A stretch of DNA of 64,000 bases from Thermincola ferriacetica (GTDB lineage Bacteria > Bacillota > Thermincolia > Thermincolales > UBA2595). Location: positions 13,655-77,654 of the forward strand of contig JAENZJ010000015.1 in NCBI GenBank assembly GCA_016841325.1, written 5' to 3'. Both the position numbers and the translations under genes were made by a program. Below are positions 18,807 to 28,559 of this stretch, piece by piece. The notes beneath the pieces were generated by a model. It saw only the letters and a program-made list of their open reading frames with translations. It had not been told where the DNA came from and did not search any database. Positions within the stretch are counted from its first letter, which is position 1, and each line of letters opens with the position of its first letter.

Positions 18807-21530
18807 TCAGTGCAGCACATTTGTCCCCTTAACCTTCTCCGCCCCCTGTGGAATTTTCCCTCCAACCGGGGCCTCCGGACGTTCACCGCCGAACGGCACC
18901 TGGACCTGCTGTTCCCTGAGGGGGGCAGCTGCTTCCTGACCATCATAGGCCTGGAGGTAAATTTCCTGAAGTTCTTTTATCAGCGGCATTCTTGGATTTG
19001 AGATTGTTGACTGGTCCTCAAAAGCCTTTTCAGCCAGAAGGGGCACTTTTTCTGTAAATTCCTTCTGGTCCACCCCGCATTCAGCAATACTCATGGGCAT
19101 TTGCAGTTCTGCCATCAGGCTGCGTACCGCACCTGTCAGGCTATTTACCCCCTGATCCGGGGTGCCTGCCGGCAACCCCAGGTAGGCAGCTATCTGCCGG
19201 TATTTCTCTGGTGCAATAAAGTGTTCATACTTGGGCCATGATGTAAACTTGCTCGGTTTCTGTGAATTATACCTGATCACATGCGGCAGCAGGATAGCAT
19301 TGGCCCGGCCGTGAGGAATATTAAACTCCCCGCCCAGTTTATGGGCCAGGCTATGGTTGATTCCCAGGAAGGCATTGGTAAAAGCCATTCCAGCGATGCA
19401 TGAGGCATTATGCATTTTCTCCCTGGCCTCCATGTCCTTACCGTTACGGTATACTTTCGGCAGGTAACCAAATACCAGTTCAATTGCCTTCAAAGCCAGG
19501 GCATCAGTATAATCTGAGGCCATTACCGAAACATATGCCTCAATGGCATGTGTCAGTACATCCATACCGGTATCGGCAGTTACCTGTGCCGGGACACTCA
19601 TGACAAAATCCACATCAATAATGGCAACATCCGGTGTCAGTTCGTAGTCCGCCAGGGGGTACTTGATATCTTCCCCCTTGTCCGTAATAACCGCAAAGGC
19701 TGTCACCTCAGAACCTGTTCCGCTGGTGGTGGGAATAGCAACAAATCTGGCCATCCTGCCCATTTTGGGGTACTTATAGGTGCGTTTCCTGATATCCAGG
19801 AACTTCAGCTTAAGAAACTCAAACTCCACCTCCGGGTGTTCATAAAACAGCCACATTGCCTTTGCCGCATCGATAGCAGAACCCCCGCCCAGGGCAATAA
19901 TGGTATCAGGCTGAAACTGTTTCATAAACCGGTAGCCCTTCCTTACAGTATCCAGGGAAGGGTCAGGCTCGACATCATAAAAAACATCTGTATAAACATG
20001 TTCATTTCTTTTTTGCAGGTGATACATGACCTTATCAAGGTAACCCAGTTCAACCATGGCCGGATCACATACAACAACTGCCCTCCTGACATTGGGCATC
20101 TTGGCCAGGTACTGGATACTTCCCGATTCAAAATAAATTCTCTCAGGGACGCGAAACCACTGCATCTTGACCCGTCTTCTGGCCACCCTTTTGACATTGA
20201 TGAGGTTGGCGGCACTGACATTTGAGGTTGTCGAATTATGTCCCATTGAACCACAGCCCAGGGTCAGAGAGGGCATATTAGTATTATACATTTCTCCGAT
20301 GGCCCCATGGGTGGCAGGCGCGTTTACTATAATGCGCCCAACCCGGACATGCTCGGAAAAATTCCTGATTATATCCTCATTCCTGCTGTGGATAACGGCA
20401 GAATGACCCATTCCGCCGAATTCAACCATTTCTTCTGCCCTGCTGATTCCCTCCCGGTAGTCATCTACATAATAACAGGCCAGTACCGGGCTTAGTTTTT
20501 CCCTGGAAAGAGGGTATTCAGGACCGACACCCTCCAGCTGGGCCACCAGTATCTTGGTGTCGGGCGGGACCCGAAAACCGGCCATTTCCGCGATTATCAC
20601 CGCCGGGCGGCCGACTATGTCAGGATTCAGGGAACACTTGTCTTCACAGGTAGCCATTTTTTCCAATGCCCTGATTTCATCATTGTTCAGAAAATAACAC
20701 CCGTACTCCTGCATCAGGGTGACCACATCAGTGGCAATTTCCCGGTCAATTATCACTGCCTGTTCGGAGGCGCAGATCATACCATTGTCGAAGGTCTTAC
20801 TCATTATCAGGTCAGTTACTGCCCTGTTAATATCTGCACTCTTTTCAATATAACAGGGGACATTACCGGGCCCTACCCCCAGGGCAGGTTTTCCCATACT
20901 GTATGCCGCCCTGACCATTGACGACCCCCCGGTAGCCAGGATTGTGGCCACACCGGGATGGGCCATCAGGTATGTGGTTGCTTCCAGTGACGGCTTTTCT
21001 ATCCAGGAGATACAGTTCTTAGGCGCCCCGGCAGCCACAGCGGCCTTATACATTGTTTCAGCAGCGGCTGCACTGCACTTCTGGGCCCCGGGGTGAAAGG
21101 CAAATATGATCGGGTTGCGTGTCTTTATTGAAATAAGAATCTTAAACATTGTTGTTGAAGTGGGATTAGTTACCGGAGTAATCCCGGCGATTACTCCGAC
21201 CGGTTCAGCCACCTCAAGGTAGTCTTCCTCTTCATTTTCATGGATAATCCCCACAGTACGGTGGTATTTGATACTGTGATAGACTGATTCGGTGGCAAAC
21301 ATGTTTTTGGTTATTTTGTCCTCATATATACCCCGCCCGGTTTCCTCTACAGCCATCTTAGCCAGTTCCATGTGCCTGTCCAGGCCTTCCAGGGCCATTG
21401 CCCGGACAATTTCGTCCACCTGTCCCTGGTCCAGCCTGAGGAATTCCCCGGCAGCGCCGGATGCCTTCTGCACCAGTGAATCAATGTGTTGTTTAACCTC
21501 TTCAGGCAAGTCATTTTGATAATTATTCAT
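18807..21530 (-). CDS. adhE: Bifunctional acetaldehyde-CoA/alcohol dehydrogenase
   Basis: TPVTNPTST, GVGPGNVP, SKTFDNGMICASEQ, LTLGCGS, GGGSAID, TTSGTGSEVT, HSLAHKLG. Confidence 0.96.
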   Translation of the reverse strand: MNNYQNDLPEEVKQHIDSLVQKASGAAGEFLRLDQGQVDEIVRAMALEGLDRHMELAKMAVEETGRGIYEDKITKNMFATESVYHSIKYHRTVGIIHENEEEDYLEVAEPVGVIAGITPVTNPTSTTMFKILISIKTRNPIIFAFHPGAQKCSAAAAETMYKAAVAAGAPKNCISWIEKPSLEATTYLMAHPGVATILATGGSSMVRAAYSMGKPALGVGPGNVPCYIEKSADINRAVTDLIMSKTFDNGMICASEQAVIIDREIATDVVTLMQEYGCYFLNNDEIRALEKMATCEDKCSLNPDIVGRPAVIIAEMAGFRVPPDTKILVAQLEGVGPEYPLSREKLSPVLACYYVDDYREGISRAEEMVEFGGMGHSAVIHSRNEDIIRNFSEHVRVGRIIVNAPATHGAIGEMYNTNMPSLTLGCGSMGHNSTTSNVSAANLINVKRVARRRVKMQWFRVPERIYFESGSIQYLAKMPNVRRAVVVCDPAMVELGYLDKVMYHLQKRNEHVYTDVFYDVEPDPSLDTVRKGYRFMKQFQPDTIIALGGGSAIDAAKAMWLFYEHPEVEFEFLKLKFLDIRKRTYKYPKMGRMARFVAIPTTSGTGSEVTAFAVITDKGEDIKYPLADYELTPDVAIIDVDFVMSVPAQVTADTGMDVLTHAIEAYVSVMASDYTDALALKAIELVFGYLPKVYRNGKDMEAREKMHNASCIAGMAFTNAFLGINHSLAHKLGGEFNIPHGRANAILLPHVIRYNSQKPSKFTSWPKYEHFIAPEKYRQIAAYLGLPAGTPDQGVNSLTGAVRSLMAELQMPMSIAECGVDQKEFTEKVPLLAEKAFEDQSTISNPRMPLIKELQEIYLQAYDGQEAAAPLREQQVQVPFGGERPEAPVGGKIPQGAEKVKGTNVLH

Positions 21531-21727
21531 AATAAATAAACCTCCGGTTGCAAAATGTTATAGAACATTCTCTAACCAAAGGTTTTCCTGCTCAACTTCT
21601 TAATATTCAACGGTCAGGTATACTTTCGTTCATATTTGCATACTAATTACCTTAATGGACAGGACACAGACAATGTCCGGTCTTCATTAATAAAATTTAT
21701 CCAATATTATTCAGGAGGTAATATTCA

Positions 21728-22252
21728 ATGATGCACCCATACAGATGCCAGGTTTGTGGAGAAACTTACCTGGGAGACACCCCTCCCGACAGGTGCCCAT
21801 TCTGCGGCGCAGCCGGTTCAGAGTTAAAAAAAGCCTCATTGTGGTATGAACGCGGCACGGTTAAAATGAGTGAACAGAGTCACCAAAACTGTCAAAAGGC
21901 CCTGGACCTGGAACTCAATAATGCAGCCTTCTACAGCTGCGCTGCCGGTAAAGCATCAAACCGCATTTCCAGGGTTATTTTTAAGCGTTTGGGTAAACAG
22001 GAAGTCGAACATGCTGAACTATTATGTAATGCCATGGGAATTCAGCTGCCTTCCCTCCCTGCAGGCAGCTGTAAAGATTCTGATGGTGACAATTTTGTGG
22101 AAGCACACCAGCATGAAGATATGGCCATCGAATTTTATCTGAAGGCAGCCACTGATGCCGAACACGGCGGTGAACCAGAGGTTGCCTATATATTCCGTAA
22201 CCTGGCGGAAATAGAAACAGAGCATCTGATGCTGACAAACCTGTATAAGTAA
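21728..22252 (+). CDS. Rubredoxin-like plus ferritin-like (rubrerythrin-family) protein
   Basis: N-terminal CQVCG...CPFCG; ExxH motifs EVEHA and ETEHL; AGGAGG RBS. Confidence 0.85.
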   Translation: MMHPYRCQVCGETYLGDTPPDRCPFCGAAGSELKKASLWYERGTVKMSEQSHQNCQKALDLELNNAAFYSCAAGKASNRISRVIFKRLGKQEVEHAELLCNAMGIQLPSLPAGSCKDSDGDNFVEAHQHEDMAIEFYLKAATDAEHGGEPEVAYIFRNLAEIETEHLMLTNLYK

Positions 22253-22277
22253 AAGACCGTTACCCCGGTCTTTTTTT
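22252..22277. terminator. Bidirectional terminator between the ferritin-like gene and spoIIM
   Basis: AAAAGACCG-TTACCC-CGGTCTTTT between convergent genes. Confidence 0.7.
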
Positions 22278-22285
22278 AACCCTGT

Positions 22286-22921
22286 CTACCTGATATAAGT
22301 GGCAACAGATTTTATGAAAACAGGGGTGACATATGTTTCCAGCAGCCCTGCTGCACCGGTGATTACACACAGGACCAGCATTAATGCCGTATAGGCCCCC
22401 AGGTAGCTCCTGATTCCGGTTGTTGTCCGGGGCTGAAAACGTCTCCTGAGCAGAAGCGCCGAAAAAGACAATGCAGCTACCCCACCGACTATAACGGCCG
22501 GAATGACCAGAAGATTATGTGGCAGAACTGATATCAGAGCAAAGACAAATCCTTTCAATGCCTTTTCCCGGACCAGAAAACCAATAGTAAATCCGATGAC
22601 AAAACCTTTGGCGAAGACGGCAACAAGTACCAGTGGGATTCCGATAACTGTTAGGCCCAGGATGTACATAGCAATAATAATATACAGGCTGTTGAAAATG
22701 TTTTGCCTGAAAAACAACTGTTCACTGACTGAAGAGGTGGTCACATGTTCCAGGAAGCTGTTAAAATAGGCCGACAGGTGGTCAGCCTGATCTGTGCTGA
22801 TCTGACCGACAACAGCAGCCCCAAAAAATATCCCGGCAAAAAGAAAAACGGTAATGAAAAGAAACAAATACCATTTTCCGGTTATATAGTCGACTAATAC
22901 TTGTCTGACCCAGAAACGCAT
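22286..22921 (-). CDS. spoIIM: Stage II sporulation protein M
   Basis: GLTVIGIPL, KGFVIGFTIG, SVLPHNLL, ETYVTP; possible sigmaE-like promoter at 22951-22978. Confidence 0.93.
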   Translation of the reverse strand: MRFWVRQVLVDYITGKWYLFLFITVFLFAGIFFGAAVVGQISTDQADHLSAYFNSFLEHVTTSSVSEQLFFRQNIFNSLYIIIAMYILGLTVIGIPLVLVAVFAKGFVIGFTIGFLVREKALKGFVFALISVLPHNLLVIPAVIVGGVAALSFSALLLRRRFQPRTTTGIRSYLGAYTALMLVLCVITGAAGLLETYVTPVFIKSVATYIR

Positions 22922-22983
22922 CGGGCAGCCCCCTTTGTCCTTTATAACAAAATTTATGTCCCGGATGCGTTTTTATGCCTATG

Positions 22984-23667
22984 TTATTTTTTTCTCAGGG
23001 CAGTAAATCCTTCCTCAATAATCAGTCTCATGATATATTCGGCTGCCAGGATATCTTCCAGGGAATTGGCGCTGGCAGCGACAACAGAAATACCTGTCCC
23101 TGTCTGTGCGGCAGCCGCAACAGCTCTTTTGGCAGCCGCCCGGGCAGGTTCAGTCCCCCTTTTATGCATTGTCCTGGCAACGGTCCCAGTAATAACCTCA
23201 GGGGCTCCCGCGGTAATGGCAGCATCATAGGCTACCCCGCCGGTGTCGGTAACCGCGATAACTACCCTGCCCGAGAAGTCGCCCAGTTTCGCTGTTTCCG
23301 CACCGATATTGGGATAAACAGCATCTATTCTTGCTCCGGCTGCCACAACACCCTGAATCGTCCTGCCTGCCCGGGCGCGACGTTCCTCATCAGTCCCCAC
23401 CCTTGGTTCACTGATAATGACTACTCCGGTATCGTTATCTTTGGCAACCTTTCCTGCCATCTCACCGATAGTCTCCGGTGACAGCCTTACAGGGGCCCTT
23501 GAGGAATCCGGGCTGGCCCCGAAAACCCTGAGTGCGCCTGCATCCAGCGCTGCCTCCAGAGTCGTTGACATATCAATAACATCAACAACCACAACCACGT
23601 TTTTGGCTTCCGCTGCCTGAACCGCCCCGGAAGCATTGACTGTCAGAAAAACTCCACTATTAGACAC
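22984..23667 (-). CDS. Conserved hypothetical protein (ComB/phosphosulfolactate phosphatase-like fold)
   Basis: VVVVDVIDMSTT resembles the ComB VVIDV motif; good-length ORF in operon context. Confidence 0.6.
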   Translation of the reverse strand: MSNSGVFLTVNASGAVQAAEAKNVVVVVDVIDMSTTLEAALDAGALRVFGASPDSSRAPVRLSPETIGEMAGKVAKDNDTGVVIISEPRVGTDEERRARAGRTIQGVVAAGARIDAVYPNIGAETAKLGDFSGRVVIAVTDTGGVAYDAAITAGAPEVITGTVARTMHKRGTEPARAAAKRAVAAAAQTGTGISVVAASANSLEDILAAEYIMRLIIEEGFTALRKK

Positions 23668-23744
23668 CTGGTATCACCACTTCCGTTTAACGACTGCATT
23701 TTTTAAACCACTGTATTTTTATTAACCTCTACGTTTTTTTAACC

Positions 23745-24968
23745 TCACTTTGCTTTTTTTACCCTCCCGTAATGTCCTCCGCCGCCTGCCGATACCGTAA
23801 GTTTGCCCTGTCGGGCGAGAATTATTATCTCAGCCGTCTTGGGGCCGGCAATTTTCATCAGGTCTGCTTCAGTGGACCGGTGCAGTATGTCCATCTCAGT
23901 ACCTGCCTGCAGCAGCTTATTCAGGGTCTTTTTACCGATTCCCGGAAGATTCTCCAGGGGAATCTGGTGATAATACGGCGGCCTGTGCTCCGGAGGCTCA
24001 GGAACGGTATTATCCCTTATTTCATAAATCCGGTCCAGCACCCCTTTGACCACCCGGCGTCCGTCCACGGCTGCCCCGCAAACCGTACAATACATTACCG
24101 GAGGCTCATCTGCGGCTGTCAGGCCACAATCTTCACAGTATGTCCTGTGGTATTTCCCCAGTTTGGGATCAAACCCGTAATTGGCTGTAACAAAGCGGCC
24201 GCTTTCCCTCCTTAGCGCCATTCCCAGCTCGCAGAAGTCAGGCTGCTGCATCCTGATAATATTATATTCCCGGCCTATTTTGGGCAGGGAATGGGCATCC
24301 GAATTGCTGACAAAACTCTTTCCGGCCAGTTCCGAAATCATGTCAGCATAGTTGGAATCAGAACTAAGGCCCAGTTCCACGGCAGGTATTTTGGCCCAGG
24401 TTTCCGGTGCCATGATTTCCAGGGCGCTCTTCACACAGCTGCCATACATCCCTTTATGCGGGGTAAAGGCATGTGCAGGTACTGCTATGCCTCCTATTTC
24501 ATCAACTGTATCTACCACTTCCTGAATAGACATATGGCACTTTTGTGAGCTTAATCCTATATTCCTGGTGCGGCCCGGTTTTGCCAGCTCTCCGGTAAAA
24601 CGCTGCACTGCGTCCAGGCTTGGAAAATAACAGAGGCAGTGGGCGCTCCTGTACTTGACCGTATCCCTGTCCCGGATACATTCAGTTGTCTCCACCTCAC
24701 TCCCCGGAATCAGGGTCACCCTGTCCCGATAGCGCAGCCCGCCGTTTCTCATTTCCACCAGATCACCGGAGTCAAGAAGTGTCATTAGATCTTCCCTGAC
24801 ATCCGGTGAAGAAGTATCGACTATGCCTACTATATCTATACCTTTGCGGGTCATACATTCATCAAGAATATTGGCTACGGTCAGGTTCATTGATGCCGTA
24901 ATTTTAACGGGAGCACCGCTTCCGGCCCTCCCTATATGGACATGCAGGTCCGCAAAATAATTCTCCAT
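23745..24968 (-). CDS. PHP-domain endonuclease Q family protein (YqxK / TIGR00375-like)
   Basis: ADLHVH, PAHAFTP, ELGLSSD, SNSDAHS, LGKYHRT, CxxC...CxxC, KGVLDR, HhH motif LPGIGKK, GGGGHYG. Confidence 0.88.
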   Translation of the reverse strand: MENYFADLHVHIGRAGSGAPVKITASMNLTVANILDECMTRKGIDIVGIVDTSSPDVREDLMTLLDSGDLVEMRNGGLRYRDRVTLIPGSEVETTECIRDRDTVKYRSAHCLCYFPSLDAVQRFTGELAKPGRTRNIGLSSQKCHMSIQEVVDTVDEIGGIAVPAHAFTPHKGMYGSCVKSALEIMAPETWAKIPAVELGLSSDSNYADMISELAGKSFVSNSDAHSLPKIGREYNIIRMQQPDFCELGMALRRESGRFVTANYGFDPKLGKYHRTYCEDCGLTAADEPPVMYCTVCGAAVDGRRVVKGVLDRIYEIRDNTVPEPPEHRPPYYHQIPLENLPGIGKKTLNKLLQAGTEMDILHRSTEADLMKIAGPKTAEIIILARQGKLTVSAGGGGHYGRVKKAK

Positions 24969-25144
24969 ATTTCCTCCTAATTTGTTCCCGGAAATGACCG
25001 AAGATGTTATCTGGTCATTTCCGAAACCATAATACTAGTAAATCTGTTGCTAATAATTTGTCTGTAAGGTGAATAAACTAAATATACCTTTGGTGAAAAC
25101 ACGCTTGGCAGAATTTAGTTTGCCAGATAAAGGAGGCATATTAT

Positions 25145-25276
25145 ATGTTAACGGAATTTGTCTACAGTGACCGCATATTTATATTCGCTACGGTCGCCGA
25201 ACTCAGGGATCGCCTGCAGGAACACGCAGCAAATTACACCACTGTCAAAGCCATGCTGGATGACCTGGCCCCTTAA
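25145..25276 (+). CDS. Small 43-aa protein, MciZ (Z-ring inhibitor)-like
   Basis: AAGGAGG RBS then MLTEFVYSDRIFIFATVAELRDRLQEHAANYTTVKAMLDDLAP; not in the ORF track; near yqxK as mciZ is in B. subtilis. Confidence 0.6.
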   Translation: MLTEFVYSDRIFIFATVAELRDRLQEHAANYTTVKAMLDDLAP

Positions 25277-26364
25277 AAAACCACATACCTGGTAGCCAGG
25301 ACTCCCGCCGCCCCTGCAGCGAGGAAAAACTCCCTGTCCTGACTCATAGTCCTGCCCATGGTTGTCACCACAATATCCTTTTCAATCAGGAATCGCAGCG
25401 CCGGGCTTCCGTCTTCAGTAATAACCTCATGGTCAAAGGAAATACCTGCTTTTAATATCTGCTTGTTCACATAGTCTTCTTTAATCGGGTCCATGACCGG
25501 TATCGGGACAACACTGGGGGTTATCGCAATCTTACTCAGCACGGTAATCGTATGATGGCTCAGCCCGGTATGCCGTTCCCTGGGGTCAACAAAACTTATC
25601 CTGGGAACAGCAATGGCCCTGCCTTCCAGGATATTGACGGCATTGATTATTTCCCCCTGCTCAATACCGGTAAAACCATATTGGGTACCTGTGCCCACAA
25701 TTCCCGGGCCCATGGTGACAATAATTACATCTGCCCGGGCAGCCTGCTTTGCCGCAATCAGGCCGGTATAAATGTTTACTGCTTCGAAGTCGCCGCCAAA
25801 GGCATGTCCGACAGTTACCGTGGCATCAATCAGTCCTTTGTCCTTCAGTTCAGCCACTGTCCTGCTCATTGGCAGCGGCAGGGCAGCCCCGTCAGTCATT
25901 ACATAGGCCACCCGGAGCCTGCCCCGGCTTGCGGCTTTAATCCCGGCAGCCGCCGGTGCCAGCATGCTGTGAAGTGTCCCCACGATCACAGGGGTTTTTT
26001 TCAGGGAGGTAAAGTCTTCGACCTTTGCCCTTGATGGATTAAGCTCTTCCTCCACACTGAAACACTTAACCTGCATCGGGGTATACCGCAGCTTCATAAT
26101 ATGCCCGATTTCTTCCGGATCTTTTTGTTTTACACTGAAATTTGCCATCACAAAATGATGGCCGCCGCTGCCCAGCTTTTTGTGCACAGCAGTCGTATTC
26201 AGTGAAATGGTGTCCCCAATCTGAACCGGTCCCGTCATAAAATCATAGTTTATCGCCTTTGCGTTTTCTTCCTGTTCTTCCCCTTCAATGGTAACTCTTA
26301 TTTCGGTAACTCCCCGCTTGCGTTCGACAATTTCGGTTACCTTCCCCTGGCGGATTCTGATCAA
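25273..26364 (-). CDS. DUF3866 family protein
   Basis: LNTTAV..LGSGG, GHIMKLRYTP.Q, GTLHSML, MTDGAALP, GHAFGGD, GPGIVGTG, PRISF.D.RERH. Start placed at TTG 26364. Confidence 0.8.
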   Translation of the reverse strand: MIRIRQGKVTEIVERKRGVTEIRVTIEGEEQEENAKAINYDFMTGPVQIGDTISLNTTAVHKKLGSGGHHFVMANFSVKQKDPEEIGHIMKLRYTPMQVKCFSVEEELNPSRAKVEDFTSLKKTPVIVGTLHSMLAPAAAGIKAASRGRLRVAYVMTDGAALPLPMSRTVAELKDKGLIDATVTVGHAFGGDFEAVNIYTGLIAAKQAARADVIIVTMGPGIVGTGTQYGFTGIEQGEIINAVNILEGRAIAVPRISFVDPRERHTGLSHHTITVLSKIAITPSVVPIPVMDPIKEDYVNKQILKAGISFDHEVITEDGSPALRFLIEKDIVVTTMGRTMSQDREFFLAAGAAGVLATRYVVF

Positions 26365-26368
26365 TTTA

Positions 26369-27520
26369 TCACCCGCTTTCAGAATTTCTTTTTTTAGCTG
26401 CACTTTTAATAATCTCCAGCAGGTATTGTGCGTTCAGTACCAGATTGTCAATTGTAATATATTCTTCAGTTGAATGCACCTTAGACATCCCTATCCCCAG
26501 GTTAACTGTGGGAATCCCGTACCCGTTAAGAATATTGGCATCACTGCCGCCCCCTGTGCCTGCCAGCACCGGTTTCCGGCCTATGGCTAATGCCGCCTCC
26601 ATAGCGATAACAACAGCGGTGTCTGTTTCATCAAGTTTGAGCCTGGGGTACAGAAAATCCTTTTCCACTTTAACCTGAGCGCCAAATTCCCGCGCTGTTT
26701 TCTTTAGTATTTCGACTATCCGGTCAGTCTGTTTTTCCAGTTTTTCCGTATCTATGCTCCTGGTCTCACCTTCGATGTTGACCAGGTCAGGAATAATGTT
26801 GGTGGCCTTACCTCCGGAAATAACACCAATATTTGCGGTAGTTTCCTCATCAATCCTTCCCAGCTGCATCTGTGAGATAGCTTTGGATGCTATATAAATG
26901 GCATTAATACCGTCTTCCGGGCTAATCCCGGCATGGGCTGCCTTGCCTATGATACTTGACTTAATCCGGTACTGAGCAGGTGCCCTGGTAATTATCGTTC
27001 CGGCTGCTCCGTCACAGTCAAGGACATAGGCAAACCGGGACTTCAGTCTCTTGTAGTCCAGGTTTTTGGCCCCTCTCAGGCCACCTTCCTCAGCAACAGT
27101 AAAGACAACTTCAATATCACCGTGAGGCAGATCCTGCTCTTTTAATACCTGGATTGCTTCCAGGATAGCTGCTATACCTGCTTTATCATCAGAGCCAAGT
27201 ACAGTGGTCCCGTCTGAATAAACTGCCCCGTCTTTAACGATGGGGTTTACACCCCGTCCCGGCTCAACGGTATCCATATGGGCGCACAACAGAATGGCCG
27301 GTGCCCCCGGCACTGTATGCTTCAGGGTTGCTATCAGGTTCCCGGCGGGATTTCCCCACTCAGTACCGATAACATCTCCTGCCCCGTCTTCATACACTTC
27401 AAGCCCCAAAGCGGACAATTTTCCCTTAAGATAATCAGCTATCTCCCTTTCGTGCATAGTAGGTGAGTCTATTTTCACCAGCCTGATAAATTCATCCAAA
27501 ATCCTGTCTTTGTTTACCAT
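26369..27520 (-). CDS. M20/M25/M40 peptidase T-like metallopeptidase (YqjE-like)
   Basis: AHMDTV, LGSDDKAG, TVAEEGGL, GKAAHAG, GGGSDAN, HSTEE. Start at ATG 27520. Confidence 0.92.
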   Translation of the reverse strand: MVNKDRILDEFIRLVKIDSPTMHEREIADYLKGKLSALGLEVYEDGAGDVIGTEWGNPAGNLIATLKHTVPGAPAILLCAHMDTVEPGRGVNPIVKDGAVYSDGTTVLGSDDKAGIAAILEAIQVLKEQDLPHGDIEVVFTVAEEGGLRGAKNLDYKRLKSRFAYVLDCDGAAGTIITRAPAQYRIKSSIIGKAAHAGISPEDGINAIYIASKAISQMQLGRIDEETTANIGVISGGKATNIIPDLVNIEGETRSIDTEKLEKQTDRIVEILKKTAREFGAQVKVEKDFLYPRLKLDETDTAVVIAMEAALAIGRKPVLAGTGGGSDANILNGYGIPTVNLGIGMSKVHSTEEYITIDNLVLNAQYLLEIIKSAAKKRNSESG

Positions 27521-27655
27521 AATATCCCCCAAACATGTAATTTTTACCACTATATCTTTTCCCACTGACCCATTTTTATGTACTGCTACAAAATTCGCCG
27601 GCAGCCCTGCGTTTCCCTGCATTCCTCCAGGGCTTTACACTGCCGGAGCTAACTT

Positions 27656-27868
27656 CTAAAGCCAGGGCATCTTATCGGTATGGTCCCCCCTAAGCACTGG
27701 GGTAATTATCGACTGCAGCGGTTCAGGGACCTCCTTCAGCTTCATATCGTCAATTTTCAATATTCTGACAGTATCAACTTTTACTTTTACTGCCAGTTCC
27801 CTGGCTGTCAGGCCCTGGTTCTTGCGAAGTTCCTTTACGGTTTTCTTTTTAAATGAATTGAAAAACAC
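27656..27868 (-). CDS. Small XRE-like helix-turn-helix protein
   Basis: KTVKELRKNQGLTARELA; likely GTG start at 27868. Confidence 0.7.
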   Translation of the reverse strand: MFFNSFKKKTVKELRKNQGLTARELAVKVKVDTVRILKIDDMKLKEVPEPLQSIITPVLRGDHTDKMPWL

Positions 27869-28007
27869 TTCAGCCTGCCCCCTCTTATATTCCAGTATAC
27901 AACATTTTCTTATTTTCAAAAACACCGTACAAAAACATATTAATCATTCATAAAAAAACTGCCTGCCAAAATATGCAGACAGTTTTGCTCATTATAATCT
28001 TAATTTG

Positions 28008-28559
28008 TTAAACTTTTGCCAGTCTGGCAAACTCTGCCCCCAGTTCCAGGGCCTGCCTGTTTAACGGAATCAGGTTATGCCGCCTCTCTGGCAGCACTTT
28101 TTTCAGAGACTCGACTATGGAATCAATTGTCACCACTTTAGTGCTTTCGATATATGCCCCAAGAATAATTATATTAGCTACTCTGGTGTTATTTAACTTT
28201 TCATTGGCCAGCTCATTTGACGGTATCTCCAGTACCCGCAAGTCATTGCGGGAAATGTCGGCTGAGACCAGGGAACTGTTTATCAGTAAAAGCCCCCCGG
28301 GTTTTAAGGTCGGCAGGAACCTTGTCAGGGAAGGCTGGTTCATTATAATAACAGAGGTTGGTTCTGTGACTACCGGAGAGCTGATTTCCCGGTCGGAAAT
28401 AGTAACTGCACAATTAGCGGTACCACCGCGCATTTCCGGTCCGTATGATGGTATCCAGGCAACATTTTTGTTTTCTATCATGCCCGCATAAGTGATCAGC
28501 TGGCCCATCGACATGACACCCTGACCTCCAAAACCGGCGATTATGAGTTCTTCAAGCAT
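28008..28559 (-). CDS. 2-oxoacid:ferredoxin oxidoreductase gamma subunit
   Basis: IIAGFGGQG, PSYGPEMRGG; TAATG coupling to the beta subunit. Confidence 0.93.
   Translation of the reverse strand: MLEELIIAGFGGQGVMSMGQLITYAGMIENKNVAWIPSYGPEMRGGTANCAVTISDREISSPVVTEPTSVIIMNQPSLTRFLPTLKPGGLLLINSSLVSADISRNDLRVLEIPSNELANEKLNNTRVANIIILGAYIESTKVVTIDSIVESLKKVLPERRHNLIPLNRQALELGAEFARLAKV

Noticed and set aside
21550-21570. Confident Rex box upstream of adhE
   Set aside because: AATGTT-ATAG-AACATT only loosely resembles TTGTGAA/TTGTTAA-N4 Rex sites; kept only as a hypothesis.
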